Below, piece after piece: positions 23,000 through 37,487 of a stretch of 44,541 nucleotides of DNA (position 1 is the first letter of the stretch; every line of letters starts with the position of its first letter). Both the position numbers and the translations under genes were made by a program. Origin of the DNA: Welwitschia mirabilis (lineage: Eukaryota); assembly GCA_051453625.1 (NCBI GenBank), contig JBOZIK010000001.1, positions 29,796,565-29,841,105 of the forward strand. Reading direction: 5' to 3'. The notes under the pieces were generated by a model. It made no database searches. It saw only the letters and a program-made list of their open reading frames with translations, and was not told where the DNA came from.

Positions 23000-25900
23000 A
23001 GGTTTTTCCACTTCAGAATTCCAAAAAATTTGTAATCATGTTTTTCAAAAGTGTAAATATTATTAAAAGCACAAGGTCATGAGAGAATTAGATATTAAAA
23101 AAAAGGATGTTATTTTGACTTTTACATGGCAGTACGAGTGAAAGAAATGGAAAAACATTCTTGATATGATTAGAATTCTCAATTTTAGTTGTCTCATTAG
23201 ATGTGATAAGTCTTTTCTTAATTGGATTTTGTTAATCTTTATGGATTCTTCCTTCTCCTCCTTCCCCTTATTTTTTTCATCATTGCTTTGTTAAATATCA
23301 TCATTCTTTCAATTATTAGATTCATTAAAAAGATGACATAAAGAAACATGATTATTATGTTTATCATGTATTAGGAAGCTTTTAAGTTTTTCTAAAGTTA
23401 ATACTTTTCTATCATTTTGATATTCCAAAAGAAAGTAAATATTGGGGATATAATCTAATATCTCTACATCATCATGTGATGAACTATCATTCCCATCATT
23501 CATGTTAAGTTGATGAGTGAAAACATCATCGTCTTCACATTAGTTATCTTTGATAGGATGGAATATTGGAATTAATCATCTAATTTTATCATTTCATTAT
23601 CATCATTAAAATAAGAGCTTTTACAATTCTGTGTAGCATTTTTATTGTTCTCCTCATCATTATCAAGGTAAAAGGCAATATACATGGTGATGTGGGCTTG
23701 GGAGTGTCTTTCTTTTCCATAGATTTATGTGATAACTTCTATTAATCTCTCCAACTTATTATTGAATCTATCACTTTGACTTTCACATTGATAAAAAGAT
23801 TTCTATAGAAAGTTTATTTCTTCTTCATGTTACTCTGTGGATGGAGGTTTATATTTGTCAAATTGATTATAAAATGCTTCTCTAAACGAGGGATAATCCC
23901 TAAAGCATTAAGATTTATCATATTTCTAAATTAACCTTCAAAAAATTAATGGGCTCAATTCCTAGCTTCAACAACATTCTTCAATGAAAAGTTTCATTTT
24001 TTAGCAAAGATTTCATGTAGTACTCATTTTTTAATCCATAGAAGCAATGAAAAATAAGAATAAGAAGAATTTGTTTGGATAGTAAGTAAGATTGAAATAG
24101 AGAATAAATAAGGAAGAAAACCTAAAAGAAACACCTTGTAAATTATTATAAATAAAAGTAGAAAAATTGTCTTTCTCTACTCTTGAAATAAATTTTTCTT
24201 TCTTACCTCCAATTCTTAAATGAAAATTAATCAGATTTTATTTGATAGTTTCTTGAAGGAAATGTGTTTTTTTTTTTTTTTAATTTTATAATGCTTTACC
24301 ATCATCCTACATTACTACAAAAATGTTAAACAAACTTCTTTACATTTAAGTAGCAATACTCTTTTAGATCACATGAAGTGCAAGAAGAAGGTTATACCAA
24401 TAATGAACGTGGCACTTACTCAGATCACACAAATCAAAAAGTGTAAGCCAACATTGTTGTAATAGTGGTAATCCCCAAGTTCATACAAAAAGTAAACCAA
24501 CAATAAAGGTAAAATAGAAATTGAATATAAGCAAAAAAAGGAAAATAATAAATGCAATACTACAAAAGTAAGTAAAGTTACTTACTTGTGTAATGAAAAC
24601 TAACCTTCTAATCTTAAATGCTTCCCTAGAAATGATGCCAAAACGTTCATCTATCAGGCATGCATCAATCAAAATACCTTCAATTTATTAATTAAACCTA
24701 TCATCTTAGTACATGCTAGTATAGGGTACAAACTAGGTTATAAACTAGTGAAGTAAAAAAGGGAATGTTGGAAGATTAATTCAATTAGGAAAAATGACAT
24801 ATCAGTGGTTTTGGTATTTTCAATAAGTTAAAAAAAAAATCAGCAATGAAAATGATGAAATGAAATGAAATGTAATTAAAGGAAATATGCAACAAAATGA
24901 AAATGAAATGTTCTAAATGTAATCAATTAACTAATTTACTAACTTATTGTTACCCAACTTAGCCATTATGCTTTATATCAAAATCATATTCAATCTAGAA
25001 TAGTATTAAATTAACATTAACATAAAAAATAAGGAAGATAGAGATAGATAACTTGAGAATACATACACTTGATTTTATTATTAATTACACTTCACATACA
25101 TCCACCTACAAATAGTAGTCCCTCAATAGAGGAAACAGAGTCTAAAAGCAAGGAGAACTTCTTTTACAAGTGGATGGATCCTTTAGCTAAATTTCTCTAA
25201 TGTCATAAGCTACTTCAATGTAAATAAGAATATGGAAAATGGATGACTAAGGGGGTTTTTACAAGTTTGGATAGATGATAAGTGAGAGGTAGTGATGGAA
25301 GAATGGTGGATGTTAATAAAGATAAGGAAGAATATTTTTCAACCTAAAATTCCACTTCAATTTTTATTGAGTTGAAATATGCTTAAATAGCACAAACACA
25401 TAGTCACAAATAGCTAATATTATGGAGGATTTTGTACAACTTCAACAAAGGAGATCATGAAAAAATAATAGCTAAAATCAAAATAAAAGTAACATATGAT
25501 CAATGATAAGGCCTTCTATTATATACAAGAAGAAATAAGGCTAAATTTTTTAATGAGTAGATGAATGATAGATGAGTTGTAGGTGAGTGGAAGGTGAGTG
25601 ATTAGTAAGTAATATATGAGTAGTCAGTGGGCAATATGCGAGTGATAGGTGAGCAATAGATGAATGATAGGTAAGTGGTTACAATATTTAGTAATAGATG
25701 TAATGATCATTCATTGATTACAAACCATCATATATTTGCTTTGTCTAGACAATATAAGGGAATAATTATCTATATGTAACCATCCACAAATTCCCTACTA
25801 TATTAGCCTTTATGAATCTTATTAGGATGTGCTCATCTCCTGCCTTTATAAAAATAACTAAAGAGTGAACAATGCTCCAAAATCCTTGGTTTAACCCTTG

Positions 25901-26230
25901 AAAAGTATTTATTTGATCATCAAAGTATGTTTGTAGCTTCAATTCATCCAAATATCTCTAAGGCATACTTGATAATTATGCCAACTCTAGTAATCCCTAT
26001 AAAGTTACCAGTATGAGATCTTGTCATGATATTAAACTTTGTTAACATCTCATTAATTATTTGTTAGGGATTTATTAATGAGATCACAAATAGATAATGC
26101 TAAAAAAATCATCTAAAAAGTATTAGAAATGATGGAAAACTATGCCCTTTATACTATTCATGATCATGAATTAGTTTTTTCTCTTATTCCACTAAAACCT
26201 TTTAAATGAGCCTAAAACGTACTCCAATAG
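23000..26230 (-). mobile_element. Athila-like gypsy remnant A: 5' LTR (about 26230-24646), PBS (24644-24623), shortened gag-like region (about 24060-23600); boundaries approximate
   Basis: Plus-strand TCCCTAGAAATGATGCCAAAAC resembles the reverse complement of the Athila PBS (TCCCCGGCAACGGCGCCAAAAAC); minus-strand translation gives CFYGLKNE and DYPSFREAFYNQFDKYKPP. Confidence 0.55.
25558..25678 (+). repeat. 11 x 11-bp minisatellite (consensus TAGGTGAGTGA)
   Basis: Eleven in-phase degenerate units with no indels. Confidence 0.85.
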
Positions 26231-26369
26231 AAATTTTAAATATAATTAATTTGGCCTCACAATAGTGAGCATTTAATCTTTAATGAACTATTTTAAAAAA
26301 TCTTTTAATGGCTTACTTTGAGCTTAGATATACTTCTATGAAGTAAAAACTTCATTTTTATTAGGTTTT

Positions 26370-29300
26370 CCAAGAAAATCTAGGGTGATTTATCCATTTC
26401 ACATTGTGTATATATTTCCAAGAAAAAGAAGAGAGTTGTTAACTAAAAATGGTATCTCAACTTTAAAACTATTCACTTGTTCATCTATCACATATTAGTA
26501 GATAGGAATAGAAGGACATTCATTAATCACATGTCCATCAAAAGTGTAAGATTCATTAGCTTTATGCTACTAATATGTTTTTGTTTTTCTGAGTATTTAG
26601 CTATGCTATCAAGTCTTCTACTCATGTTAGACTCATCATCTAGTTTGTAAATACCTATACCTATATCTCGGTTGGATCATTAGGCTTTCTTAAATATATC
26701 TTTTACTCTAGATGGTCTTTTCTAATTTTTATAACTTTTTTCTATATGTTATAATGTATCATAGGCTTCTCTAGGTGATTTAAATGTGAAATTTCCTCCA
26801 ATCACTATTTTAATCAGTTTTCTACTTTATGTTATCAAGATTTCATAGAAAAAGATCATAGTTCTTTAGGACATTTCATCAACATACTCTTAAACTAGTT
26901 AAATGACTTGTAGAAAGGATTATTGGCTTATTATATGGAATCTATAATCTTGTATCTCAAGTCATTATTCTTGTGTATTAGAAAATATTTCTTGAAAAAC
27001 TCATGGTTGAAATCTCTCCATGATCTAATTGATAAATATTTCAAAGAATGTAGCTAAGCTTCTTCTTCCTCATTTGAGAAAAATGGAAATGGTTCATCTT
27101 AGTTACATAATATCAATCACCTAGTTGTGAAATTGTTAGTATAAAACCTTCAAACTCAAGAAGATTTTCATAAAAATTTTATGAATTTAAGCCATAAAAC
27201 TTGGATAAAATATTTATAATTTTAGGTATTATTTTAAAGTAATTTGTGAAAGAATACAAGACTATATAAGAAGTGACGATAAACATCCAGGTTTTTATAC
27301 ATATATCAACATTTTTCTAAGATAGATTAGCTGAACACTATTTATATCATCATTAAACATGGTTATTTCTATTAAAGAAATACTAACATACTTGTATTTT
27401 TAAATTGATGTGTTGATATTTTAGTTGTTTAAAAATAAAGCTTAATGTAGCATTCATCAAACCCATTTGAAAGAGCTTTAGAGGAATGTCCCTCTTCTTC
27501 AAATACTTTATAGAGCCAATCATTAGGGATTCTAATTGAATGATGCATAAGAGTTTAATATTTGTAATATAGAATGAACTACTAATACAAAATGGCTAAA
27601 AGTAATAAAAGATGCAATTTTTAATTTTAAATAATGCATGAAACATAAAAAGGATGATAGGGTTAATGAAACAATGGATAACACTAGTACGGTTTTGAAT
27701 AAATCATAATATAAATTCCAAATTTATGAACATAAGACTATGCGATCCTAAATAGGATGCTTAATAAAACAATTTAGAGACAATGAAAAATAATACAATA
27801 ATAATACAAATTGAAATATTAATAGTAAATAAAAGGGATAGATAGGTATGTATAAGAAATTAAAACCCTAGAGTTTCTGCTACTATGCATCTAGATATAA
27901 GCGAGATTCAAAGTAGATGATCTAAGATGAACACTCTATGTATCCAAATACTCCCTTCTTATAGATGCTTGTTATTCCTATAAAACATTTTTTTTGTAAT
28001 TTTAATAATATAGGATCCAAAAAAAACTGAAAAATTCTTTAAATTTTTTTTTTTAAGTGAGTCAAGAAACAGTAATTACAATTCCTAATAATGGCACTAA
28101 AAACTTGTTATACTTTAGTAATTACTATTAATAGAAATATTTAGAAATATGTCCTAGTAGTTAAGGAGTAGGTAGTAGTCCTAAACTTAAAATGGGATTC
28201 ATCTATTATAATACAAAAAATTTTAATTATCTTTCTTTCACAAGGATCAAAAGAGAGTTTTAAAGCTTGCAATTACTCAAACTTAGCTACAAAAAGTATA
28301 CAGAAAAGTGTTTTTTAAATATAAAATGTAAATAATAGTGCGAAAAAAATTCCTTTTTAGCATTAGAAATGATTTTCAACCAGATAAAAAAAAACCAAGT
28401 AAGATTAAATAAAGGAAATCATAAAAATCATTCTTATTTTTTAATTTAAAATAATAGATTATTTGGTAAAAAGGGTTTTATGGATAAGTGATAAATCATC
28501 TATTGTCTATCCTGCTATGAATATAAATAAAAGGACTTGCAATATAAAAAATATCACCTCTATTTAACAATGGATCATCTTACAATAAAATGTAGGGAAA
28601 ATCGGAAATCATGAAACATGTCATAATCTTNNNNNNNNNNNNNNNNNNNNNNNNNNNNNNNNNNNNNNNNNNNNNNNNNNNNNNNNNNNNNNNNNNNNNN
28701 NNNNNNNNNNNNNNNNNNNNNNNNNNNNNNATAATCTTAACACATTAATCACTTATTTTAATAAAATGCTTAAACAACATTGAAGTAATCAAAATTACAT
28801 AAATAAATGTTAAAGAATATTTAAAATGAGCTAATGCAATGTAACTAATCAAACATGAATAAATTATGAAATACAAAACAAAATCTAATCACAGATCAAA
28901 TTGCATTAGCCAATAATGTAAATACTGCAATAAATAATAATTCAACCTAAAGTATTTTGATAGACTTAAAATGGAATTTTCCTTATGAAACAAATATTTT
29001 TGCATGCTTATGAAGGAAGAAATTATGCTTAGTTATGATGAGACAAGTCTTCATCATAGCCATGGAAAACATAGGAAAATCAGTAAGAACTGATAGAAAG
29101 GAAAGAGGAATGCAAATAAAAAATATAATAATGAGGAATGACAACTAATTTCAAGGTGAAGGTGCCTCTAAACCTTAAGGTAGATAGGCTTATATAGCCT
29201 TAGGTTATAGCTTCAGGTTAAGAGATTAAAATTCATTGAATTTGGCCAAACAAATATTGTTTAATCATTACAATAATCAAGTGGATCCTTATCCTTCTAG

Positions 29301-29620
29301 AAACATACCTAATATTTTTATTATTTAATTTACTTTTGCCATGTTTTATAGATTTGATTTTATTATTTTACAATTAATTTTTCTCTTAGAACTAGTCTCC
29401 TTGGGAATTGTGCCTTAAGTCAAAGACTAGATGGCTCAACATATTCTGCACAGTAAAAAATAAGTATGAATCTTTTTATATAAAATTTTGGTAACGATAA
29501 GGATTAAACTTTACTAATGAAAAATAAATGCTAAGCATGTTATTTATAGCCTTAAGATATTTTATTTACTAAAATTTAAGTGGTTAAAATTATAAAAATT
29601 AAAGGATAATCACTAGTAAT
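26370..29620 (-). mobile_element. Athila-like gypsy remnant B: 5' LTR (about 29620-28106), PBS (28105-28082), gag remnant (about 27360-26370)
   Basis: PBS-like TTCCTAATAATGGCACTAAAAACT|TG; gag motifs PFPFFS..EA*LHSL..SIRSWRDFNHEFFKKYF, GHVINECPSIP and WINHPRFSW (cf. Athila WRNHPNFSW). Confidence 0.75.
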
Positions 29621-29639
29621 AGAAAATTCATTACCAAAC

Positions 29640-30290
29640 TAGGAGATATTAGTACCCATGTCTCTATCGAATGGTTGAGTTTCTTCATTATGTGATTAGT
29701 TTTAGATGGAATTTCCCAATTGTCAAAACTCTTAGCTATTTATTATGATATATTGCAAGATTCTTCAAGCTCTTTAGATGTGAAAGAGGCTTTAATTATT
29801 ATTAATCAGTTGTCTACTTTGCTTTATCAATCTACATGGAAAATTCTCATAGTTCTTCATGCTTTAAATCCATGTTGAGGGAAGTTAATTAAAAAGTGCT
29901 TGAAACATTAAAATTCATTATAGAAAGGGTCTTAGCATCTTGTGGAAAATTTACAATATTACATCTCAACTCATTAGTATGTGTTCTGAAAAGTATTTCT
30001 TGAAAAATGTATGGTTGAGTTCTTTTCATGACTGACCAAATAAAGTATCAAGAAATATAGTTAATATTTTCCTTTTTCTTTCCAAAAAAGATAAAAGTTT
30101 CATCCTAACACATCATTTTGATCATAGCTTCAAACTCATAAAAATGTTCATAGAGATGTTTAGACTTAAGGCCATGAGCTTTTGATAAGAGATTAATAAT
30201 CATAGACTTTATTTCAAAATAATTTATATGAGGAAACAAGATCATACAAGAGGGATCTCCATTTGACATGGATATATTGATTAAAGGGAT
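29640..30290 (-). pseudogene. Athila-like gag remnant C
   Basis: Minus strand FEIKSMIINLLSKAHGL..HFYEFE..VRMKLL..ELNHTFFKKYF; homologous to gag B. Confidence 0.72.
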
Positions 30291-31038
30291 CTCACATTAA
30301 TTACGTCCTTGGGATTTAAATGTTGAGGTTTTATTAACATAAAAAGAAGAATCAATGTAATTTTAATTAAAATCATCAAATGAAGGATTAATGAAAGATT
30401 TTTCTTGATTAAATACTTTACAAAGTTGATTGCTAGATGTTCAAATTTAATTCATGCAAGATATAAAACAAGAAATAAATTAATATTTTGAATGATGCAA
30501 AATGTTCTAAAGTCACAGTAGTATTAGTCTTTATAAGTTTAGCACAAGGATCTAATGATGAAAGACATGAATAAAAAATGTTAAATAATGAAAAATGTGT
30601 AAATACATTGATTGACATAGAATGCTTAATTTTAAAAAACAAAAAAGGTAAGTAACAACTACATACAAAAATAGCATAAATTAACTTTTCAATTATGAAT
30701 GAATAGAATAAAGAAGAATGTGATTTGGAAAAAAAAAAAAAAACCAATCCCCAATCTAAAATTTAAAAAATGGATGGGAACCCTCTCTACAGTAAATGTT
30801 AAAAGTTGAGGACATTCACACAAGGATGGACTATAAAAAATAACTATTATTCTTCCTTTTTGCAATAAATGAAAATCAAAACAATGAAAAGAACATATGC
30901 AAGAGAGATCTAAACTTTTTCATTGATTTAAAAACTTCTTATTTCTTACTATTCCATTTTTCCTTAAAAAATATCATTAAAATTTTCCATAATAATAGAA
31001 CAATAAGAGGAAATATTTTTTATCTTTGGAAACCATAG

Positions 31039-32507
31039 TGATTTAATGACTATACTTCAATTTTTACGATTTTAACCCCTTAAGATTTAGTAATTTAAAT
31101 ACTTTAAGGTTATAAATAAAATGTTTAGCACTATTTTTTTAAGTAAAGTTTAATCCTTATTATTACTAAACTTTTATTAAAAAAGGATTGATAATCACTT
31201 TTGATTATGCAAGAGATGTTGGGCCACTTAATCTTTGACTAAAGACATAATCTCTAAGGAGATCAAGATCATCATCTGATCCATAGCATCATGAACACTC
31301 TGAAGTAGGGTGATTTCTACAAAATCCTAGGCAAATATCAACTGTGAAATAATAAAATCAAATTTACAAAAATCAATAGAAGTTAATAAATGAAAAAAAA
31401 CCAAGAAGCTTTTAGAACGATCTAATTGTTTAACTTAATTACTAATTAATCTCTCTTTAATCAAATTCAATGAACTTCAATGTATCAAGTATGTGAAATT
31501 AAATGTAAATCTCTAATTGTAAGGCTATATAAGCATAACTTACCTCAAGGATTCGGTATTTACATCCCATCACTGAATTCATTCCTTATTACTAAATTTA
31601 CCATTCACATTCTTGTATCATTTCTTTCATTTTCCATTGATAACACTATAGCTTTCATGATTATGATAAGAGCTTGTTTCATCATGAGGTTCTAAGCCTC
31701 CTTCATTCCTTGTGAATCCTATGAGCATAATTGTTTCATGACATAACTTTCTTATCAAACTTATGAGTATGCTATAGTGAATTACTATTTATTGTAGTAT
31801 TTTCATTATTGATTAATTCAATTTAATATTGATTAGGTCTTCTTTTCTTTTCTATTACTGATACATATATGATTAGTTTCATTATAATAGCCCATTTAAA
31901 ATTTTCTTTTGTATTTATATGTTCTACTTTGGTTAGTTCAATATTTTATTAGGGCCTTATTAAGGTATATGCTTGATGTGTTAAGATTTAGGACATTTTT
32001 CATGCATCCCTTCTATTTTTTCTATTTTATTGTAAAATGATTCATATCTAGATAGTGATGATATCCTAGTACACAAGTTTCTTTTATTTGCATTTTATGA
32101 CATTTGATATTTATAATAGGCGATTCATTGCTTACCCATAACACCTTTGTTAGTTAATGATTTATTATTTTGGATTAAGAAAATTATAGTTATTTTGTGG
32201 TTTTCTTTATTTAAGCTTACTTAATTATTCCTCTTATGAATAATTATTCCATTCTTAGTAGGAGAAGGTTTTATTTATTATTTTTTCATTGCCTTCTTAA
32301 AATGTATTTTTACATGCACTCGTCCTTTAATATATTGATTTGAATAAGTACGAGCTTTGAAATCTCTTTGTGATCCTTATGGAAGAATGACAATTAAGAT
32401 TGTTTATACCACAATTGATAATCTTAGTTTTATTTTAAGACTGCTATATATTCCTTAACTAATATGGCATATTTCTAAATATTTTTTTGAATATCTAATG
32501 TGTAGCA
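31039..32507 (+). repeat. Probable solo LTR, same family as 28106-29620, in opposite orientation
   Basis: Colinear with the reverse complement of 28106-29620 at both ends (AGTAAAGTTTAATCCTTAT near the start, CATATTTCTAAATATTT near the end); TG...CA termini plausible; no PBS after it; no clear TSD. Confidence 0.72.
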
Positions 32508-33219
32508 CTATACTGCTAGGATAAGGTATGATTATTAAACATTTTAAGTTTAATAATTTCTTAATAATAACATAATTCAAAAATAAAAATATGAAAAAGG
32601 AAACATTTTCTAGTGAGCACAGTAGTACTAGGTTAAATCCATAATAACAACAATAAAAAATTGATATACCTTAGACACTGATATTAAAAAAAAGGATCTT
32701 GATATTTTTTGTTCTTTAGAATATACTTCTTCTTTAAGAAGAAAAATGTGCTAGCTACTAAGACAAATAGTAGAAGTTTCAAAATGAAAAATAGAGTTGT
32801 TAATTGTAGTATAATTCTAATTATCATTCATTAAGAACCACAATAGAATTTCAAAGCTTCCTCTTATTCATTTATCTAAATTAAATAATTGAAAAAAAAG
32901 CTAAAATGATTTAAAAAAGAAAGGAATCTTATAAATTAGAAATGAGTATGTATAGTTAAAATAATTGAGCATGTTTATATAAATAAAATCATAATAATCA
33001 ACATCATTTTCTTAGCCCAAAAATGATATATTATTCAATAACAAGAATTTCGTGAGTAAGTAATAAAATATTAACTATAACTCTTGAATGTCATGAAAGA
33101 AGACCAAAAAACTTTCAATATTGAAATACTATCACAATTGTTTACGAGTGAATCATTTTATAATATAATATAGAAAATGACAAGCATGAAAAATATCATA
33201 AATCTAATAAGTTAGTCAG

Positions 33220-34125
33220 CTCTCTAATAAAATCCTTACAAAAGATTTAAAAGAACTTAATTCAAATAAATAAATAATAAAATAATAATTAAAATGGAGT
33301 ATTGTGATGCAAGTAATTATAAATGCATCAATAACAGAAAATAAAAATAAATCCATTTATAAATCAAATTCCATCAACCAATAATGAAAATACTAAAAAA
33401 AATAGTGATCAAGTCCAAATTATGCTCTTAATCTTGATAAGGATATTTTCTAAATTATAAATCATTACTACATGCTTAGGAATAGACAAAAGATGTTTAA
33501 AACCTCATGATGAGATAATACATAATCATAACCATGGAAGACATTATGAAATCAATGGTACAAAAGAAAAGAAAATAGAATGTCAATGATAAATGAAGCA
33601 TGCACTACCAATATGAAGACCTATATAATCACATCTCATCTTAGGATTAGAGATTTATATTTATTTTAACTTATTTAATAGTTTGAGATACATAAAATTT
33701 TGTAAGAGATATATTTCTTCATCATCAAGACTAATCAAGTTGATCCCCATCCTAGCTTCCCCATTTTTCAATAATTAATGAACTTTTATAAGTTTTTATT
33801 GCTTTTTTCTTTAAGTAGATGCTCTTTATTGTAGCCTTTACAAGATCAACCATTTGCTAGAATTTTAGTGATACTTAAGATCTGATAACAACACTAGTCA
33901 ATTTAAGATTTGAACTTTCAACTAAAGCTTAATCAACATGTTGTAAACTGTATAAGAAATACTAAGTATTAGTCTTTTAAAATGAGATTTTTGTAATAAT
34001 CAGGCCCAAATCTCAATTAGTGAAAAATAATTACTAAACATGGTATTTATAACCTTAAAATAACTAACTTAATGTGGTTCAATGGTTTTAAAATTGTAAA
34101 ATTTAAATTTTAGTAATATATCTAC
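33220..34125 (-). repeat. Partial third copy of the same Athila-like LTR; boundaries approximate
   Basis: Direct similarity to 28750-29620, e.g. ATGATGAGA..ATCATA.CCATGGAA.ACAT and TGAAAAATAA.T.CTAA.CATG.TATTTATA.CCTTAA. Confidence 0.65.
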
Positions 34126-34567
34126 ATAACAATGGATCCAAGAAGAAGATGTGGGGAAAAAAAAAGAAAAAGAAAAAAAGGAAAGATAGGGGATAATCCT
34201 TCTATTTTAAAAATTAAACTAGCAAATTAGTATTTTTTTAATACCTTAATTTTTTCATTAAGAGGTTAAGCTATAATTTTAGAAATTTGGCTACAGTACT
34301 GGCTTTGATTATCCATGTTAAATATAAATCACGTAAATTAAGCAAGATTCTTTTAAACAAGAATCTTATAAAGTTTTGTCGTTTCTACATACCATGAGAG
34401 TAGAATCCTTATACATGCATAACTAAAATATAAATGATGTCCATTTAATTTAAATATTTTTAGAGGCATATTTCTAGATCTTGCATACGAACTAATAGAG
34501 ACTTCAAGCATAATATTTTAATTAGAAGCTATTCATGCAATGCTAGATTGCATATCCTATAAGAAGA

Positions 34568-34640
34568 AAACAAATAAGACCCACATTATATGGAGATTGA
34601 TTAAAACAAATAAGAACCCACATTACTTGGAGATTGATTA
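34568..34640 (+). repeat. Tandem duplication, 36/37-bp unit x2
   Basis: AAACAAATAAGA(A)CCCACATTA..TGGAGATTGATTA twice. Confidence 0.9.
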
Positions 34641-37364
34641 CATTAGGCTTAAATAATGCAAATTAGCAAAAGTAAGAAAATAGAGTCATGATCACTTATT
34701 TATCGAAATTTGGCTATGGTTTTTCCTATAAAGTACCACTAAAGCTCAAGAAAGAATATACTTAAACTACATACCATGAATGATTCCATACTATATCTAT
34801 ATTCTAAGATGGAATTTCATATAGTTTTATGCATTTAGAGAATATCATCTAAAGTTTTATATAAACTACTAAAATGACTCCCATAATAATAAAATCTCAT
34901 TAGTTAAAGAATTTAAAATTGATTAAAATCAAGCAATGTAAGATTAAAGATATCTCCTAGAAAGATTGTAATAGAAACTAAAGTTAAAGCATAAAGTATT
35001 AGAAATTAAGTTAATAAATCAACATACGATAAAGTAATTCAAATTAAGAACATCTTTATGTATGTTTACTCTATTATCTATTAACTTGAGGTAATTATTG
35101 GTTGTTTTTTTTCAATACCTTGTCATGGAATATATTGTAGAACATTATAAAGATAAAGATAAAGATAAAGAATCTATAATCAAATTTGTAAAGAAAAGGA
35201 TTTAATGGTATAGATGAGTTCGTTGATAAAAGAAGGGATAATTTTGACTAGACTTCCATCCTTATTAATAATCTCCTAGTTGATTGACTACTCACTTTAA
35301 ACATCAAATGCATACTATGAGATGCATATAGTAATAAATTCATAGTTCATATTGATATAAAGGAAGCAATCATAAATTCATTATGGGATAATATAGTAAA
35401 ACCCTAAAAGCCTCCTCGTGAACTCATGAAGATCTTAAAGCTACAAAAGAATTTGGAAAAGGTTTGAAAGAAAAATATGATAAAGTACTAATATTCAAAA
35501 AAAATATTATAAAGTAAAAGTTAATTAAAAAATTAAAAAAATAAAAAGGACAAAATGATCAATCTAGAAGAAAAACCATATAATTTTTAGAAAATGAAGT
35601 TACTATGTTAGAGGAATAAATACAAGAACTAAATCACAGTACAACAATATCATTCGTATCTCTTCAAGTGATGGTTAGTAGATGAAGGATATTAAATATA
35701 TGGATACTACAGAAGATCTATAGTAAAATGCACAAAGAGTAGAAAAAGAAATGAATACTAAAGAAGTAAGAAAACTTTATCGAAATCTTGTTTCACCTTA
35801 ACAAGTTTACTTGCACATAAGTCTTATTTCTGTATATCATGGATAATCATGTATAGAATAACATGTCCAAAATGAAGAAATACTATTAATATTATGCATG
35901 AAACCATTCATAATTTATAATTAAAAAGAATGGATATAAACCCTTGTAGCATGAACTTATATGACATCATAAAGAAACATACACTAGTCAGCATGCATCA
36001 TTTAAGATTTAAATAAAGGTGAATTTCATTAAAAAGGAGGAAATTCCTAAATTAAAACAAAATATTTCATAATAGAAAACTTAAATACTTAGATGAAATG
36101 TATCATGCACAAATGATGATATTCAAAGAAAAATATTATACAATCACATATTATCCATGATAAAAAATTGGTGATATACTAAAGTTATGATATGAAGATG
36201 CATGATATAACTAACTAAAGGAATAAAATAAGAAAATATCATGACATACAAGAAACAATATTTAATCAATTAGATTAACTTTTAGAATAAGCACTATAAT
36301 CTAAATTACAGTATAAGAATACTAAGATAAACTAACCTCTAACCTAGATATATCTAGGTCTTAAAAGTATCTTATAATCTCATAGGACTAAAAAATTCCC
36401 TAAACCCTCATCATCACGAGAGACATACATAAGAACATAAGTTTTAATGGTCTTTTAACTTAAGTTAGCACAACCATAATTGTAATACTAAATGTAATCA
36501 TTAAGACATAAAAGAACATTTAATAATTATAGGGATAACTAGGAGGGTAAAACCATAATGAAACCGTGTATGGGGACATCCTAATCTAATACGTATAAAT
36601 ATGCGATCATATGCTATTAGTATATTAATATTATATAAATTTAGTATTATATTATACTAATTGAGATTATTATTATTTATTATGATATTTCATAACCTTT
36701 TTGTATTTTTTATTCCCTTTTGATTTCACCTTTGTAGGTTAACTTAACACATTGGTCTTCCTAAAAGATTTCTTATCATGATGTTAAACATTAAGAAGTA
36801 TTTAAATAATTTCTTCAGTTTTTGTCACATTCATATTTTCAAAGGTCTAAGGATTTAGCATAAATAATTAAATAAAAGGTAAATAAAAACAATTTTTATC
36901 TAGTGGGACCTACTAAGATGACTTAATTACTTATATTTGTTATTCATTCTTTATTTATTAGCATATTATTATTATTTGAGATGTAATTTTTTACTTTGTG
37001 AAAACTTATTGTGTTGTAATTATTATTTTAAATGCTTTCTTTTCTTGTAACCGCTATAATTGATAATATTATTTATGTAGTCTTTCCTTGATTATTTAAT
37101 GATATTCTTTCAGTTGTAAATTAATGGTTATATAAATATTATTTTATTTCTTTNNNNNNNNNNNNNNNNNNNNNNNNNNNNNNNNNNNNNNNNNNNNNNN
37201 NNNNNNNNNNNNNNNNNNNNNNNNNNNNNNNNNNNNNNNNNNNNNNNNNNNNNGTAATTATTACATTTAATGTACAATGATGAGTATATTTTCTTATTTT
37301 AATGTGTATGAAGGATTCTTGCAATGGCTATTACCATTATTAGGATGCATTATGCTACCTTATT

Positions 37365-37487
37365 TTAATATTTATTTTAGTAGTGCATGCTAAAGTAACA
37401 CCAATAATTTTGATGTTGCATTTTCTATTAATATTTATTTTAGTAGTGCATGCTAAAGTAACACCCATAATTATGATGTTACATTTT
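37365..37487 (+). repeat. Tandem duplication, 63-bp period x2
   Basis: TTAATATTTATTTTAGTAGTGCATGCTAAAGTAACACC... at 37365 and 37428. Confidence 0.9.
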
